Below are positions 51,526 to 62,884 of a DNA stretch of 64,000 bases, one piece after another. The notes beneath the pieces are model-generated. The model was given only the letters and a program-made list of their open reading frames with translations. It did no database searches and was not told the origin of the DNA. Origin of the DNA: an uncultured Gammaproteobacteria bacterium. Its GTDB lineage: Bacteria; Patescibacteriota; Microgenomatia; Levybacterales; GWA1-39-11. The stretch lies in the NCBI GenBank assembly GCA_964504535.1, contig CAZDED010000001.1, positions 101,804 through 165,803 on the forward strand. The letters run 5' to 3'. Every line of letters starts with the position of its first letter. Within the stretch, counting starts at the first letter, position 1. Both the position numbers and the translations under genes were made by a program.

Positions 51526-53025
51526 TTAGACTTTCTCAGTGACTTTGTACTCTAATCTTTTTCCTATAATAAGCTGTATGTGGGAAATTAAAGCAGGAAG
51601 TGCTGACAAGAAAAATCCAGCAACTGGCATGAAAAGAAATTCTACGGGAAAAAGCATCTTTCTAATTCGTGAATGTTTTTCTTGGTTTTTCTTTGGCCCT
51701 AAAGAATAATCTACATAGATCATAGCCAAAATGGAGACAAGACAAAGAGTCAATATGAAAGCAGAGATATGAGGTAGTGTATACCCCAGATTTGTTCTCG
51801 TAAAAACCGGGTTAATTAACGCTACTAAATTTGCAGAAATTGTAATAATAAACCAGTTCACCGGCCACAAGATATGGTCTACAATGACATTTGTAACAAG
51901 CATCGTTTTTCTCCAGAATGGAACATTGGGTACTGTGAGATACCATTTGATGTACGTTGCGTCATCTGCAATTCCCCATGACCATCTCCTCTCTTGATGA
52001 TACTTATTCATCAAACTTCTTCTGTATGAATGTGACATGGCTGCATCCATTGAAGTTTTGAGAAATATCGGCTCTACAACAACTCTTCCCTTCGTTTTGA
52101 AAAAGGCTTTAAAAAATACTCGATAGTCCTCTGGGATCACATCCACATCCCAATTCCCAATGTCCATGAGTAATTTAAATGAAAGTGAATAAACTGAATT
52201 TGGAACTAGACGAGTATGCTGTACAAGAACCGATGTCCTCCAAAGACTTCCAAAGAATGAAATTACTCTTGTAAAAGATGGCACTTGCCAAAAATTGTTG
52301 TATGTTACATTTGCTGATTGCCAAAAAGTGAACAATGGATCTTTAACAGTAAGAAAAGAATATGAAAGATAAGAGAAGAATGATTTATCAAAGAGTACAT
52401 CAGCATCTGCAGATGTCACTGTCATACAATTGATATCAAGCTTACCTGATTCAACTAACTTTTTGTATGCATCAGCGGCAGCAAATGCTTGATTAGACGA
52501 CTTTCCTTTCACTTCATCTGGTAGATCTGGATGGAGCGTATAGTCAAACCCCCCAAATATTTTTTCGTACTCTTTTTTTAACCTATCTCCCTTTGCTGAA
52601 ACGTCTTCTTCTCTCTTCTCAAAAGCCATATAGATATAGATCTGATGCATTGGAAATGTTTGATCATGAATGCTCTCGAGTGTCTCTTTTATTTTTTCAT
52701 AACTTTCCTTATAGCTTGGAATGACGATAAGATGGTGAACTTTAGAGAAATCCGGAAATGCTTTTGCTTTTGCTAACCAGTCAGTCCGCTCTGCACTCCT
52801 GATCTTTCGTGCTGCAACATATGAAGTACCCACTAAATGTACAGATTTATAGAACCAATACACGTCAAAAAAGATTATAAAATAGGAAAGAGCTATCGGG
52901 AAAAAATACGCACCCCACACCGGCATTGTAATCAAAAAAAGTCCTATAACAGGAGGAATGATCTCAAGTGCCCTTCGGGATTTGATAGGATATCTGGTAA
53001 ATAATCTGTCGAGTGTTGTATGCAT
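51526..53025 (-). CDS. Membrane GT2 glycosyltransferase (processive type)
   Basis: IPSYKE, ADAD, EDY and QERRW motifs; flanking TM helices. Confidence 0.87.
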   Translation of the reverse strand: MHTTLDRLFTRYPIKSRRALEIIPPVIGLFLITMPVWGAYFFPIALSYFIIFFDVYWFYKSVHLVGTSYVAARKIRSAERTDWLAKAKAFPDFSKVHHLIVIPSYKESYEKIKETLESIHDQTFPMHQIYIYMAFEKREEDVSAKGDRLKKEYEKIFGGFDYTLHPDLPDEVKGKSSNQAFAAADAYKKLVESGKLDINCMTVTSADADVLFDKSFFSYLSYSFLTVKDPLFTFWQSANVTYNNFWQVPSFTRVISFFGSLWRTSVLVQHTRLVPNSVYSLSFKLLMDIGNWDVDVIPEDYRVFFKAFFKTKGRVVVEPIFLKTSMDAAMSHSYRRSLMNKYHQERRWSWGIADDATYIKWYLTVPNVPFWRKTMLVTNVIVDHILWPVNWFIITISANLVALINPVFTRTNLGYTLPHISAFILTLCLVSILAMIYVDYSLGPKKNQEKHSRIRKMLFPVEFLFMPVAGFFLSALPALISHIQLIIGKRLEYKVTEKV

Positions 53026-53027
53026 TA

Positions 53028-53846
53028 TTAGACTGAAAAAACAGTGCGAAAATTACGCTCGATTTGAGCCTCAAGAGTATTATATGAAATTCCCTTAACC
53101 TTAGCAATGAACTCTAAGATGATAGGGATGTTGGCAGGAGTATTCCTTTGACCTCGCAATGGATTCGGAGACAGAAAGGGACTATCAGTTTCGGTCAAGA
53201 TCATATCCTCTGGAACAAATTTCACAAGATCAACAAGTGGTGTTGTCTCACCGGGTGGAACCCCATCATATGTTATGTTTCCATCAAATCCTACCTTAAA
53301 TCCCATGTCCAAAACCTTTTTCGTAAAATCGATATTTCCTGAAAAACAATGAAACATCCCAGGCGCACCCCGCAACCGATCTTCATAGTCCCCAAGTATA
53401 TTAAGAGTTTCATCCCAAGCAAGTCGTGTATGAATCTGTAAAGGCAAACCAAGCCGTATAGATAGTTCTATTTGTTTTCTAAAAGCATCTTCCTGAAGAT
53501 CGACGGGAACAACTCCATTGGTTCGGTAATTCCAGAAATCCATTCCTATTTCACCAATTCCTATCACTTTGGGCTGCTTTGCCAACTCCTCAAGCTGTTC
53601 TAGCCAGTCCTCTGGCATGAGACCTTCATATTGCGCGTCAGATTTGTCTGCATGATGCGGGTGGATGCCAACAATTGCATAAAGCTCTTCGTATTTTTGA
53701 GCCAATTTGACTGCCTTTTGGGAAGAGTCTATCGATGTCCCAGTGTTTACGATTGTAGAAACTCCTTTTGAGACAGCGTCAGCAATAACAACATCGTAGT
53801 CGTCTTCGAATTTATGAAATTGCATGTGACAATGCGCATCAAGCAT
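53028..53846 (-). CDS. tatD: TatD family DNase
   Basis: DAHCH, GIHPH, GEIGMD, H.R, HCFSG and ETDSPFL motifs. Confidence 0.92.
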   Translation of the reverse strand: MLDAHCHMQFHKFEDDYDVVIADAVSKGVSTIVNTGTSIDSSQKAVKLAQKYEELYAIVGIHPHHADKSDAQYEGLMPEDWLEQLEELAKQPKVIGIGEIGMDFWNYRTNGVVPVDLQEDAFRKQIELSIRLGLPLQIHTRLAWDETLNILGDYEDRLRGAPGMFHCFSGNIDFTKKVLDMGFKVGFDGNITYDGVPPGETTPLVDLVKFVPEDMILTETDSPFLSPNPLRGQRNTPANIPIILEFIAKVKGISYNTLEAQIERNFRTVFSV

Positions 53847-53919
53847 AGAGTAAGTATAAAGAATTAAGTATCGAGTATAAAGTGGAAACAACTAAAAACT
53901 GAGGACTACAAACTGTTAA

Positions 53920-55645
<1,726 letters not shown>

Positions 55646-55647
55646 CC

Positions 55648-55953
55648 CTAATTTAGGATGGCTAATATATCTTTTTGTTCAACAATTGTCCACTCTTCAT
55701 TTTCGACCTTTACCTCATTTCCACCCCATTTTTTGTACATTACACGGTCTCCAACTTTTACGACCATTTTTTCTTGTTCACCTTTCGGCGAGACATTTCC
55801 TTCACCAATTGCCATAACAATTCCCTCTGCTGGTTTTTCTTTTGCACTATCCGGGAGAATAATTCCGCTTGCAGTCTTGGTTTCAGGAACAACTGGTCTA
55901 ACCAAAACGTTGGAAAAGAGTGGTTTTATAGTAATATTAGCTGCCTTTGTCAT
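55648..55953 (-). CDS. groS: Co-chaperonin GroES
   Basis: IKPL...VLV, TASGIILPDSAKEKP and VKVGD.V motifs. Confidence 0.97.
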   Translation of the reverse strand: MTKAANITIKPLFSNVLVRPVVPETKTASGIILPDSAKEKPAEGIVMAIGEGNVSPKGEQEKMVVKVGDRVMYKKWGGNEVKVENEEWTIVEQKDILAILN

Positions 55954-55995
55954 AGAAAATGTCCAAACAAGTCAAACTTGATTGGACTATTTGCA

Positions 55996-56036
55996 TTTAT
56001 ACAAAACCGTTATCAATTTGTCAAGTAGTCTGCTAA
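55996..56036 (-). promoter_or_regulatory. CIRCE-like operator and promoter of groESL
   Basis: TTATCAATT-N9-GTCTGCTAA (56010-56036) with TTGACA inside the spacer; TATAAA 17 nt downstream. Confidence 0.75.
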
Positions 56037-56130
56037 TTTAGCAGTAGATACGCTTGCAAAAGTAAGCAAAATCTTCTACGCTAATATCATCTTGTATTGC
56101 AGGCTATTAGGCTTGTGACCTTGAGATGGA

Positions 56131-57315
56131 ATGAACATTTTTAAAAATAAATATTTTCTCCTTGGCAATCTGGCTTTCTTATTAATAGTTATTCCTGTCG
56201 TTCTCTTTTTCGTGAAGAATCAAACTTCTACCCGAGGGAGCGCTGCACCCACAAGCACTCTTTCATTTATTGATCCTACAGTGATAGCCGACCAATGCGA
56301 TAATACCAAAACCGCACGACTAGTCCTTAATCCTGGGCAAAATGTGGTCAATAGAATCGCACTAGCCCTGAAGTGGGATAAGACAAAATTTGACGTCGTA
56401 TTTACTCCCAACAAGACTGCGTTCCCTGATATAGCAAAAGACGCTACTCCAACAGCCGATGGCATGACAATTACACTTGCTATCGGTCCTGATGTAACAA
56501 AAGCTATAAATACTACAACTGATGTCGGGACTGTGCAGATAAAACCAATTGCTCCAACAACCAAAGTTGATCTTGAAGTTGACCCGGTCAATACAAAAAT
56601 CTTTTCACTTTCAAGTCAAGATGGAGCAGCCGAAAACGTACTCAATCCCGGAGGACTTGTACCGCTTCAAGTTGCTATAACTGCAAAGGTCTGTACGGAT
56701 GCTACTATTACACCAACAGTCACAAGCACTCAGTCTCAAACATCAATAACACCTACAGTTACCACACAACCAACAATAACTACTGCGGTCACACCAACAA
56801 CTGCACCAATAGCGACAGCTACCCCAACCTCTGGTGTTGCTAACCAGTCACCAACTTGTCTCAATCTAACATCTTCTACGTCTTCGGGTTCAGCACCACT
56901 TTCAGTAACCTTGACAGCAACGGGAAGAGATACTGACGGAACCGTTTCAAAAGCTACATTTAATTTCGGTGATGGATCTCAGCAAGATGTCACCACCGGA
57001 CTTGGGACAGCATCTGTCTCAGCGCAACTGGCACACACATACAATTCTGGAGGGAACTTTACATCTACCGCAGTATTTACGGATAATTCAGGCGCAGTAA
57101 GCGCGACATGCTCACAAGTCATTGCAGTCAGCGGAGCAATTGCGACCATTCCACCCACTGCTACTCCAACCATTGAGCTTGGGAGCTTGAGCCCAACAGA
57201 TACTCCAACAGCAACTCCAACCATCTCAAATCCTGGTGGAGTTAGTGTCACCTTCGGTCTGATTGGTGGAATTGTTCTTGCAATAATCGCCGGCATCTTC
57301 TTACTAGCACTTTAA
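56131..57315 (+). CDS. Surface protein: cohesin-like domain, PT linker and PKD domain, with TM helices at both ends
   Basis: PKD motifs GSAPLSVTL...D.DG....FNFGDG...HTY...G.F; N- and C-terminal hydrophobic helices. Confidence 0.8.
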   Translation: MNIFKNKYFLLGNLAFLLIVIPVVLFFVKNQTSTRGSAAPTSTLSFIDPTVIADQCDNTKTARLVLNPGQNVVNRIALALKWDKTKFDVVFTPNKTAFPDIAKDATPTADGMTITLAIGPDVTKAINTTTDVGTVQIKPIAPTTKVDLEVDPVNTKIFSLSSQDGAAENVLNPGGLVPLQVAITAKVCTDATITPTVTSTQSQTSITPTVTTQPTITTAVTPTTAPIATATPTSGVANQSPTCLNLTSSTSSGSAPLSVTLTATGRDTDGTVSKATFNFGDGSQQDVTTGLGTASVSAQLAHTYNSGGNFTSTAVFTDNSGAVSATCSQVIAVSGAIATIPPTATPTIELGSLSPTDTPTATPTISNPGGVSVTFGLIGGIVLAIIAGIFLLAL

Positions 57316-57317
57316 AG

Positions 57318-57423
57318 TTTACAATTCTCATTTTTCAATTCACAGTTAGTTTTCACTGAATAATTAAAATAATTAAAGTCAATGAAAATTAAATGGAAAC
57401 TGAAAATTGGAAACTGGAAACTA
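57318..57423. repeat. 7-nt-period inverted repeat pair between convergent genes
   Basis: ttttcaatt...tttcactg followed by tggaaac/tgaaaat/tggaaac/tggaaac. Confidence 0.65.
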
Positions 57424-57440
57424 TATTCTGTTTATCCTGA

Positions 57441-59201
57441 TTAAACTTTTAAGATGCTCATGAAAGCTTCTTTGGGGACGTTGACGCGACCGATACTTTT
57501 CATCTTTTTCTTTCCTTCTTTTTGTTTGTCGAGTAACTTATCTTTTCTCGTTCTATCCCCTCCATATAGTTTCCCGGTAACATCTTTCATATAAGCACCA
57601 ATCTTTTCAGATGCTATTACCTTCGCTCCGATCTGAGCCCTTACCGCAATTTGGAAGGAATGCTTGGGAATTGATTTGGAAAGAGTCTCAACAATTCTTC
57701 TTGAGAAAGACTCTGTGTTTGATTTGTGAACTATAAATGACAATTCAGGAACCACTACATCATTTACTGAAATGTCTACCCTTTCCAAGTCAGAATTTCT
57801 GTAGTCTAAAAAGTCGTAGTCAAATGATGCATATCCTGCTGATGCAGATTTTAATTTGTCATAGAAATCGTAGACAATATTTGAAAGTGGCATTTCGAAA
57901 GTCACTTTTACTTGTGATCCAAAATAAGAAACGTCTCCCTCTGTCCCACGTCCTTTATAGACAAGATCTAAAATTCCACCGAGATATTGTGATGGTGTAT
58001 ATACTTCCCCTAAAATGAATGGCTCCTTGATATCATTTTTTGAGATATCAAAATCCTTAGGACTTGAGACCTCAACACCATCTACTAGATAAAGTATGGA
58101 AGGAGGCGCACTGAATACATCAAGATTGTATTCCCGTTCTATCCGCTCCATCACAATTTGTGAGTGTAATAGTCCTAGAAATCCGCAGCGAAAACCACTA
58201 CCAAAAACTGTTGAATAATCAGGAGCAATAACAAGTGCAGCATCGGTTAACTTTAATGAATAAATTGCTTTTCTTAAATTTTGAAAATCTGATGAATCAG
58301 TTGGGTAGATAGACAGGTAAACAAAAGACTTTTGCTCTTTGTATCCCGGTAGACTTTCTCCTGGATTTTTTGACAGCGTCATTGTGTCTCCAACTTTTGC
58401 TTGGGTTATATCTTTGATGTTTGTGATCACATACCCTACGTCTCCATTTTTAAGAATTTGGGAAGAAGTAAAATTGGGGGTCATAAAACCCACGTCCATG
58501 ACAAGAGCTTTAGAATTATCTGACAAAAAGGTTATCTCATCGCCCTTTTTAATATCACCATTTCTAACCCTTACAAAGATGACAATTCCTCTATGCTCAT
58601 CGTATTTACTGTCAAATATGAGTGCTTGCGTTTTATCTCCATCTACAATTGTTGGCGGCGGAACTTTCTCAATTAAAACTTCTATCAACTTTTCTACACC
58701 AAGCCCTGACTTTGCGCTGATTCTTAATATTTCAGATCGGTCAAAACCAAATGATTCAACAATTTCGTTTTCTACTTTTTCAACCTCTGCGCTATCAAGG
58801 TCTACTTTATTGATAACAGGAATAATAGTAAGTCCCAAACTTTTTGCCACATTGAAATGACTGACGGTTTGCGCCTGAATACCTTTTGTGGCATCAACAA
58901 CTAATATTGCTCCTTCGCAAGCATAAAGAGTACGAACAACTTCATATGAAAAGTCTACGTGTCCTGGAGTATCGATGAGATTAAGAATATAATCCTGACC
59001 GTTCAAATTATATTTCATGTGAACTGGGGCAAGCTTTATTGTTATTCCCCGTTCCCGAGAGATTGGATTGCTATCCAAATATTGCTCTTGTTCTAGTTGA
59101 GAACGGGTAAGAGTACCTGTTATTCCCATAAATCTGTCGGCAAGCGTTGACTTGCCATGATCAACATGGGCAATAATTGCGAAATTCCTTATATTATTTA
59201 T
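57441..59201 (-). CDS. lepA: Elongation factor 4 (LepA); the conserved N-terminus extends to an ATA codon at 59201
   Basis: INNIRNFAIIAHVDHGKSTLADR lies in frame upstream of the track Met; ERGITIK, LIDTPGHVDFSYEV, FRCGFLGLLH and KDVT.KLYGGD.TRK.KLL motifs. Confidence 0.93.
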   Translation of the reverse strand: MNNIRNFAIIAHVDHGKSTLADRFMGITGTLTRSQLEQEQYLDSNPISRERGITIKLAPVHMKYNLNGQDYILNLIDTPGHVDFSYEVVRTLYACEGAILVVDATKGIQAQTVSHFNVAKSLGLTIIPVINKVDLDSAEVEKVENEIVESFGFDRSEILRISAKSGLGVEKLIEVLIEKVPPPTIVDGDKTQALIFDSKYDEHRGIVIFVRVRNGDIKKGDEITFLSDNSKALVMDVGFMTPNFTSSQILKNGDVGYVITNIKDITQAKVGDTMTLSKNPGESLPGYKEQKSFVYLSIYPTDSSDFQNLRKAIYSLKLTDAALVIAPDYSTVFGSGFRCGFLGLLHSQIVMERIEREYNLDVFSAPPSILYLVDGVEVSSPKDFDISKNDIKEPFILGEVYTPSQYLGGILDLVYKGRGTEGDVSYFGSQVKVTFEMPLSNIVYDFYDKLKSASAGYASFDYDFLDYRNSDLERVDISVNDVVVPELSFIVHKSNTESFSRRIVETLSKSIPKHSFQIAVRAQIGAKVIASEKIGAYMKDVTGKLYGGDRTRKDKLLDKQKEGKKKMKSIGRVNVPKEAFMSILKV

Positions 59202-59268
59202 AATGCCTCCTTTCGCGGTTATATGAGCGACAGCGAAATATGATTACTACGTTGCGAATATTGTTCAT
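59194..59268 (-). CDS. 24-aa leader uORF of lepA (MNNIRNVVIIFRCRSYNRERRHYK)
   Basis: ATG 6 nt after TATAAT (59280-59275); its stop overlaps the lepA 5' end in a different frame. Confidence 0.65.
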   Translation of the reverse strand: MNNIRNVVIIFRCRSYNRERRHYK

Positions 59269-59375
59269 GTAGAGATTATATCATCATAGATGCTACAAGC
59301 TTCGCATATACCTTTGCCAATGGTGTACCAGTTGCCTCTGTTAGAGAAAAGGGGGATTGTTTCAAATATATTCTA

Positions 59376-61028
59376 CTAGGGGTTGAGTTTTGATCCGTCG
59401 AGGAGTTCGCTGATTTGCTTTATTATTTTGTCATGATACTTAAATTGTTTTATGACGGCAATTATATAGAAAGCTTCTTTGATATCAAGTAACCATGTGA
59501 AAAAAATATAGGCAACAATTCCAGTTGTTGATGCAATTCCGGTTAAAATAAGCAGATTTATGGTTCTTGTTGTGTCAAAAACTAATTGATCCAAGAGCTT
59601 TATCGGAATATATAAAGCTACTCCCATAACCAAAGTTGCTGTCAGAATTTTTAACGTTGTTATAACTATCTCAAGTTTTGGCAAGGTGATTTTTGCGTTA
59701 AGGGTTATGAGTAAAAGTATAAAACTCATAATATTACCTATTGTGAACGATACCCCAAGATAATAGACAGGAAGCTTTAGGAACAAAATAAAATAATAAG
59801 AAAGGGCAATATTAATAATTACGGAAAACAGTGTTATAAAAAATGGTGTTTGTGAATCTTTCAATGCAAAAAATGCTCTTGAAAAAAGATAGATTGCACT
59901 TTGGGCTGCTATTGAAATCCCAAGAAGTGCCAGCGTAAGACCTGTTGCAACAGTAGCATCCCAATCAAACCGTGATGCTCCAAAAAACAACCGAACAATT
60001 GGGATCCTCAAAACAACAAGAAGCGCACTTATCGGAAGCGTAAGATACATGATTTGATTGAGAGAGCTAACAAAAATCGAAACAAATTCCTGAGGTTCTT
60101 TTGACTTAAGAGAAAGTGATGGGAAGGAAGCCTGTGCAATTGATTGGCCAAACAATAGTACTGGGGCAAGCATTAATGTTTGCGCTAACTCAAGTATTAC
60201 AAGTCCGCGGGCTGTCGTAAAGGAAGCAAAGAAAACGTTAGCAGTAATTGCAATCTGCGCGATGAGTAATGTTAAAGACCGTGGAACCATTAAGGCTGCG
60301 ATTTTTCTCACTGCATAATCACGATGGAGAGTGAACCGAAAACGAAAGCCAGTTCCTCGAAGCAATGGAAGCTGTGCCGCAAAAAAGAAAAATGCTCCGA
60401 TGACTACTCCAAAAGTCGCTCCGTATATACCCAAATGAAAAATTCCAGAAAGAACAGTTATCCCAATTATTATCCCAAGATTATATAAGGCAGATGCTAT
60501 CCCTGGAACCAAAAAATGTTGAAAAGACTGCAAAACTCCGGAAAATACAGTTCCTACAACAAAAAACACCTCAGATATCTGGATTATGATCATGAGATTT
60601 GCCATAAGCTCTATCTCACGGTCAGAAAATCCTGGAGCAACAGCGCGGGCTAGGGGGTGAGCAAATACAACTATAAAAACAGAAATGATCACAAAAACAA
60701 GAACCCCGTAGGATAGAATGGCAGAGGTAAATCTATTTGCCTCATCTTTTTTGTTTTGGGATACAAATTCAGAAAAAATTGGAATAAATGAGGTAGAAAG
60801 TGCGCCCGTTATAAATATCTGAAAAAGAAAATCAGGAACCCTAAAAGATGCTAAAAATACACCCAGATCACTTGATGCTCCAAATATGGCAACAAGAAGC
60901 CTATATTTGAATAGTCCCAGAACTTGACCAAATATTGTTGTTGCCACAATAAAAAAAGCAGCTGTAAAAATATTTGACTGCTTTAATGTTAACGCTTGTA
61001 GTCCCTTTTTAAAAATGTCTTTTACCAT
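59376..61028 (-). CDS. murJ: Lipid II flippase MurJ/MviN
   Basis: LG..R...A.FGA, F.ASFRVPD, FIPIF, A.FPSLS and RAFFALKD..TP motifs. Confidence 0.93.
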   Translation of the reverse strand: MVKDIFKKGLQALTLKQSNIFTAAFFIVATTIFGQVLGLFKYRLLVAIFGASSDLGVFLASFRVPDFLFQIFITGALSTSFIPIFSEFVSQNKKDEANRFTSAILSYGVLVFVIISVFIVVFAHPLARAVAPGFSDREIELMANLMIIIQISEVFFVVGTVFSGVLQSFQHFLVPGIASALYNLGIIIGITVLSGIFHLGIYGATFGVVIGAFFFFAAQLPLLRGTGFRFRFTLHRDYAVRKIAALMVPRSLTLLIAQIAITANVFFASFTTARGLVILELAQTLMLAPVLLFGQSIAQASFPSLSLKSKEPQEFVSIFVSSLNQIMYLTLPISALLVVLRIPIVRLFFGASRFDWDATVATGLTLALLGISIAAQSAIYLFSRAFFALKDSQTPFFITLFSVIINIALSYYFILFLKLPVYYLGVSFTIGNIMSFILLLITLNAKITLPKLEIVITTLKILTATLVMGVALYIPIKLLDQLVFDTTRTINLLILTGIASTTGIVAYIFFTWLLDIKEAFYIIAVIKQFKYHDKIIKQISELLDGSKLNP

Positions 61029-61179
61029 TGTTTGTTTATCAGATACTACTAAACAAACAATGTCGAAACATTAATTTCTTAATGTTGTCCCATTGTTTAT
61101 TTTTTGAGGCTTCTTTTCTTGTAATTGGTCTTTATCCATGTTAGAATAACCAAGTTCCGAATACAATACATTTAAATTT

Positions 61180-61506
61180 ATGCCAGTAATTAAATCAGCA
61201 ATTAAGAAATTGCGACAAGATAAAAAAAGAGAAAAAGCTAATGACGCGCTCCGAGACTCATTGAAAAACGCCGTCAGAAGCGCTAAAAAAACCAAAACAG
61301 GTAAGTCTGTTGCTAAAGCTGTTGCTATAGTCGATAAAGCAGCAAAGCAAAACATAATTCACGGAAATAAGGCATCCCGCCTCAAATCTTCACTAAACAA
61401 ACTAGCAAAACCTGTGTCAGTAAAAAAGGCTGACATTAAAGAAACGAAAGCCGTCAAGAAAACTGCTCCAGTCAAAAAAACAGCAGTCAAAAAAGCTTCT
61501 AAGTAG
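61180..61506 (+). CDS. rpsT: 30S ribosomal protein S20 with a Lys/Ala-rich tail
   Basis: MP.IKSAIK.LRQ and DKAAK.NIIH.NKASRLKS motifs. Confidence 0.95.
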   Translation: MPVIKSAIKKLRQDKKREKANDALRDSLKNAVRSAKKTKTGKSVAKAVAIVDKAAKQNIIHGNKASRLKSSLNKLAKPVSVKKADIKETKAVKKTAPVKKTAVKKASK

Positions 61507-61541
61507 TTTTTGATATAGCCTCATTTTTTCCGCATTTTGCT

Positions 61542-61570
61542 TTGACAATCCCTCAAAAAAACTCTACACT
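61542..61570 (+). promoter_or_regulatory. sigma70 promoter of pilN-pilO
   Basis: TTGACA, 17-nt spacer, TACACT. Confidence 0.7.
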
Positions 61571-61606
61571 GAGATAAGTACCAGTGCAATTACTGGCTTA
61601 TTAGCT

Positions 61607-62179
61607 ATGGCAAAAAAAGCGGCTCCAAAAATAAATATCAACCTTAGCTCGGCTGGAAAAGCAACGGTAGGAAAAGTTGTCTACGGGTGGACCATTGATG
61701 CTGGACGCGCAATAATTGTTGGGATAGAACTAATTGCTCTGGCTGCCTTGGGATATCGATTTATTATCGACAGACAAATAGTCGATCTCCATGATCAAAT
61801 AAAAACACAAGAAGTCTACATTGCAGCTCAATCAAGCGATGAAAAAAGATTCAGAAGTATTCAAGAACGTCTTAAAAACATAAAGACAACAAATGAACAA
61901 ACTGAAGCCAAAGTTCAAATCATGAACGAAATCCTAAAAGTAATTTCATCAGGAACATTTTTCGCAACTAATTTGTCCATCAATAACAACAGTATTCTCG
62001 TAGACGGTAGTACTTTTTCTATCTATACACTTACCGATTTTCTCAATAATCTCAAGAAATTTCCTTCAGTTGCAGCCATATCAATTGACGAGATCAATAC
62101 TGCCGATGAAGGGGTGAGATTTAAGACACGCATTGATATTAAAGATATCGCACCAACACCAAAAGTAAAAACTAAATAA
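61607..62179 (+). CDS. pilN: PilN-like pilus alignment protein
   Basis: N-terminal ININL, TM helix, coiled coil and ferredoxin-like C-domain. Confidence 0.7.
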   Translation: MAKKAAPKININLSSAGKATVGKVVYGWTIDAGRAIIVGIELIALAALGYRFIIDRQIVDLHDQIKTQEVYIAAQSSDEKRFRSIQERLKNIKTTNEQTEAKVQIMNEILKVISSGTFFATNLSINNNSILVDGSTFSIYTLTDFLNNLKKFPSVAAISIDEINTADEGVRFKTRIDIKDIAPTPKVKTK

Positions 62180-62180
62180 T

Positions 62181-62804
62181 ATGTTTAAAGACAAAGATAA
62201 ATTGAAAACTGAAATAAAGAGCCTCATAGACAAAGGGAATGCGATGTTAAATGCTAGTCAAAATAAGCAACGGGTGACTGCATATCTCTATATAATTTTT
62301 TCCCTTTTCGCATTATCATTCTTTGGTATATTTGCCATCGGCCCCACAATCACAACGATTTCAAATCTCAACAAACAACTTGAAGAGGATAAGTCTGCAC
62401 TAAAACAACTTCAAGATAAAAATGCCGCCTTAAAATCTCTAAGCGCTCAATATCTTGAAATAGAACCACAGCTCGAACTGATAGAAAACGCCATTCCACA
62501 GAGTTCGAAAGTTGCTGATATTTCCAGACAACTAGAACTATTAACGGTTAAGCACAATCTTATCGTTCAAAAATTAGATAGTGGGCTTATGGAATTGTAT
62601 CCGGCTAAAAATACGAATAGCCCAATATTTTCCTTCTTATTTTCTATTGGCGTAAGTGGTACCGAGCAAGATATCAATGCATTTATTGGCGACCTTATTA
62701 ATATGGGGAGAATTATAGGAATTGAGAAGCTTACAACCGGAAAACAACAAAACAATCAATTCTCAGCATCAATAACCGGTCGTGCCTTTTTCTATAAGGA
62801 GTAG
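62181..62804 (+). CDS. pilO: PilO-like pilus alignment protein
   Basis: TM helix, coiled coil, AIP and F...L....RII.I..L motifs; follows pilN. Confidence 0.75.
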   Translation: MFKDKDKLKTEIKSLIDKGNAMLNASQNKQRVTAYLYIIFSLFALSFFGIFAIGPTITTISNLNKQLEEDKSALKQLQDKNAALKSLSAQYLEIEPQLELIENAIPQSSKVADISRQLELLTVKHNLIVQKLDSGLMELYPAKNTNSPIFSFLFSIGVSGTEQDINAFIGDLINMGRIIGIEKLTTGKQQNNQFSASITGRAFFYKE

Positions 62805-62884
62805 TTTAACTTTCTTGAATTAAACTACTCCGCATATGAGCAAGTGCTAACGAGCGAAATACAGAGAATGAGCTTTTAAAAAAT

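Noticed and set aside
57441-59129. lepA as a 5'-truncated pseudogene, as the ORF track implies
   Set aside because: The G1 motif is intact and in frame upstream of the track Met, and the rest of the gene is undamaged.
61410-61506. Lys/Ala-rich S20 tail as a novel domain
   Set aside because: Low-complexity basic tails on ribosomal proteins are common and carry no specific signal here.
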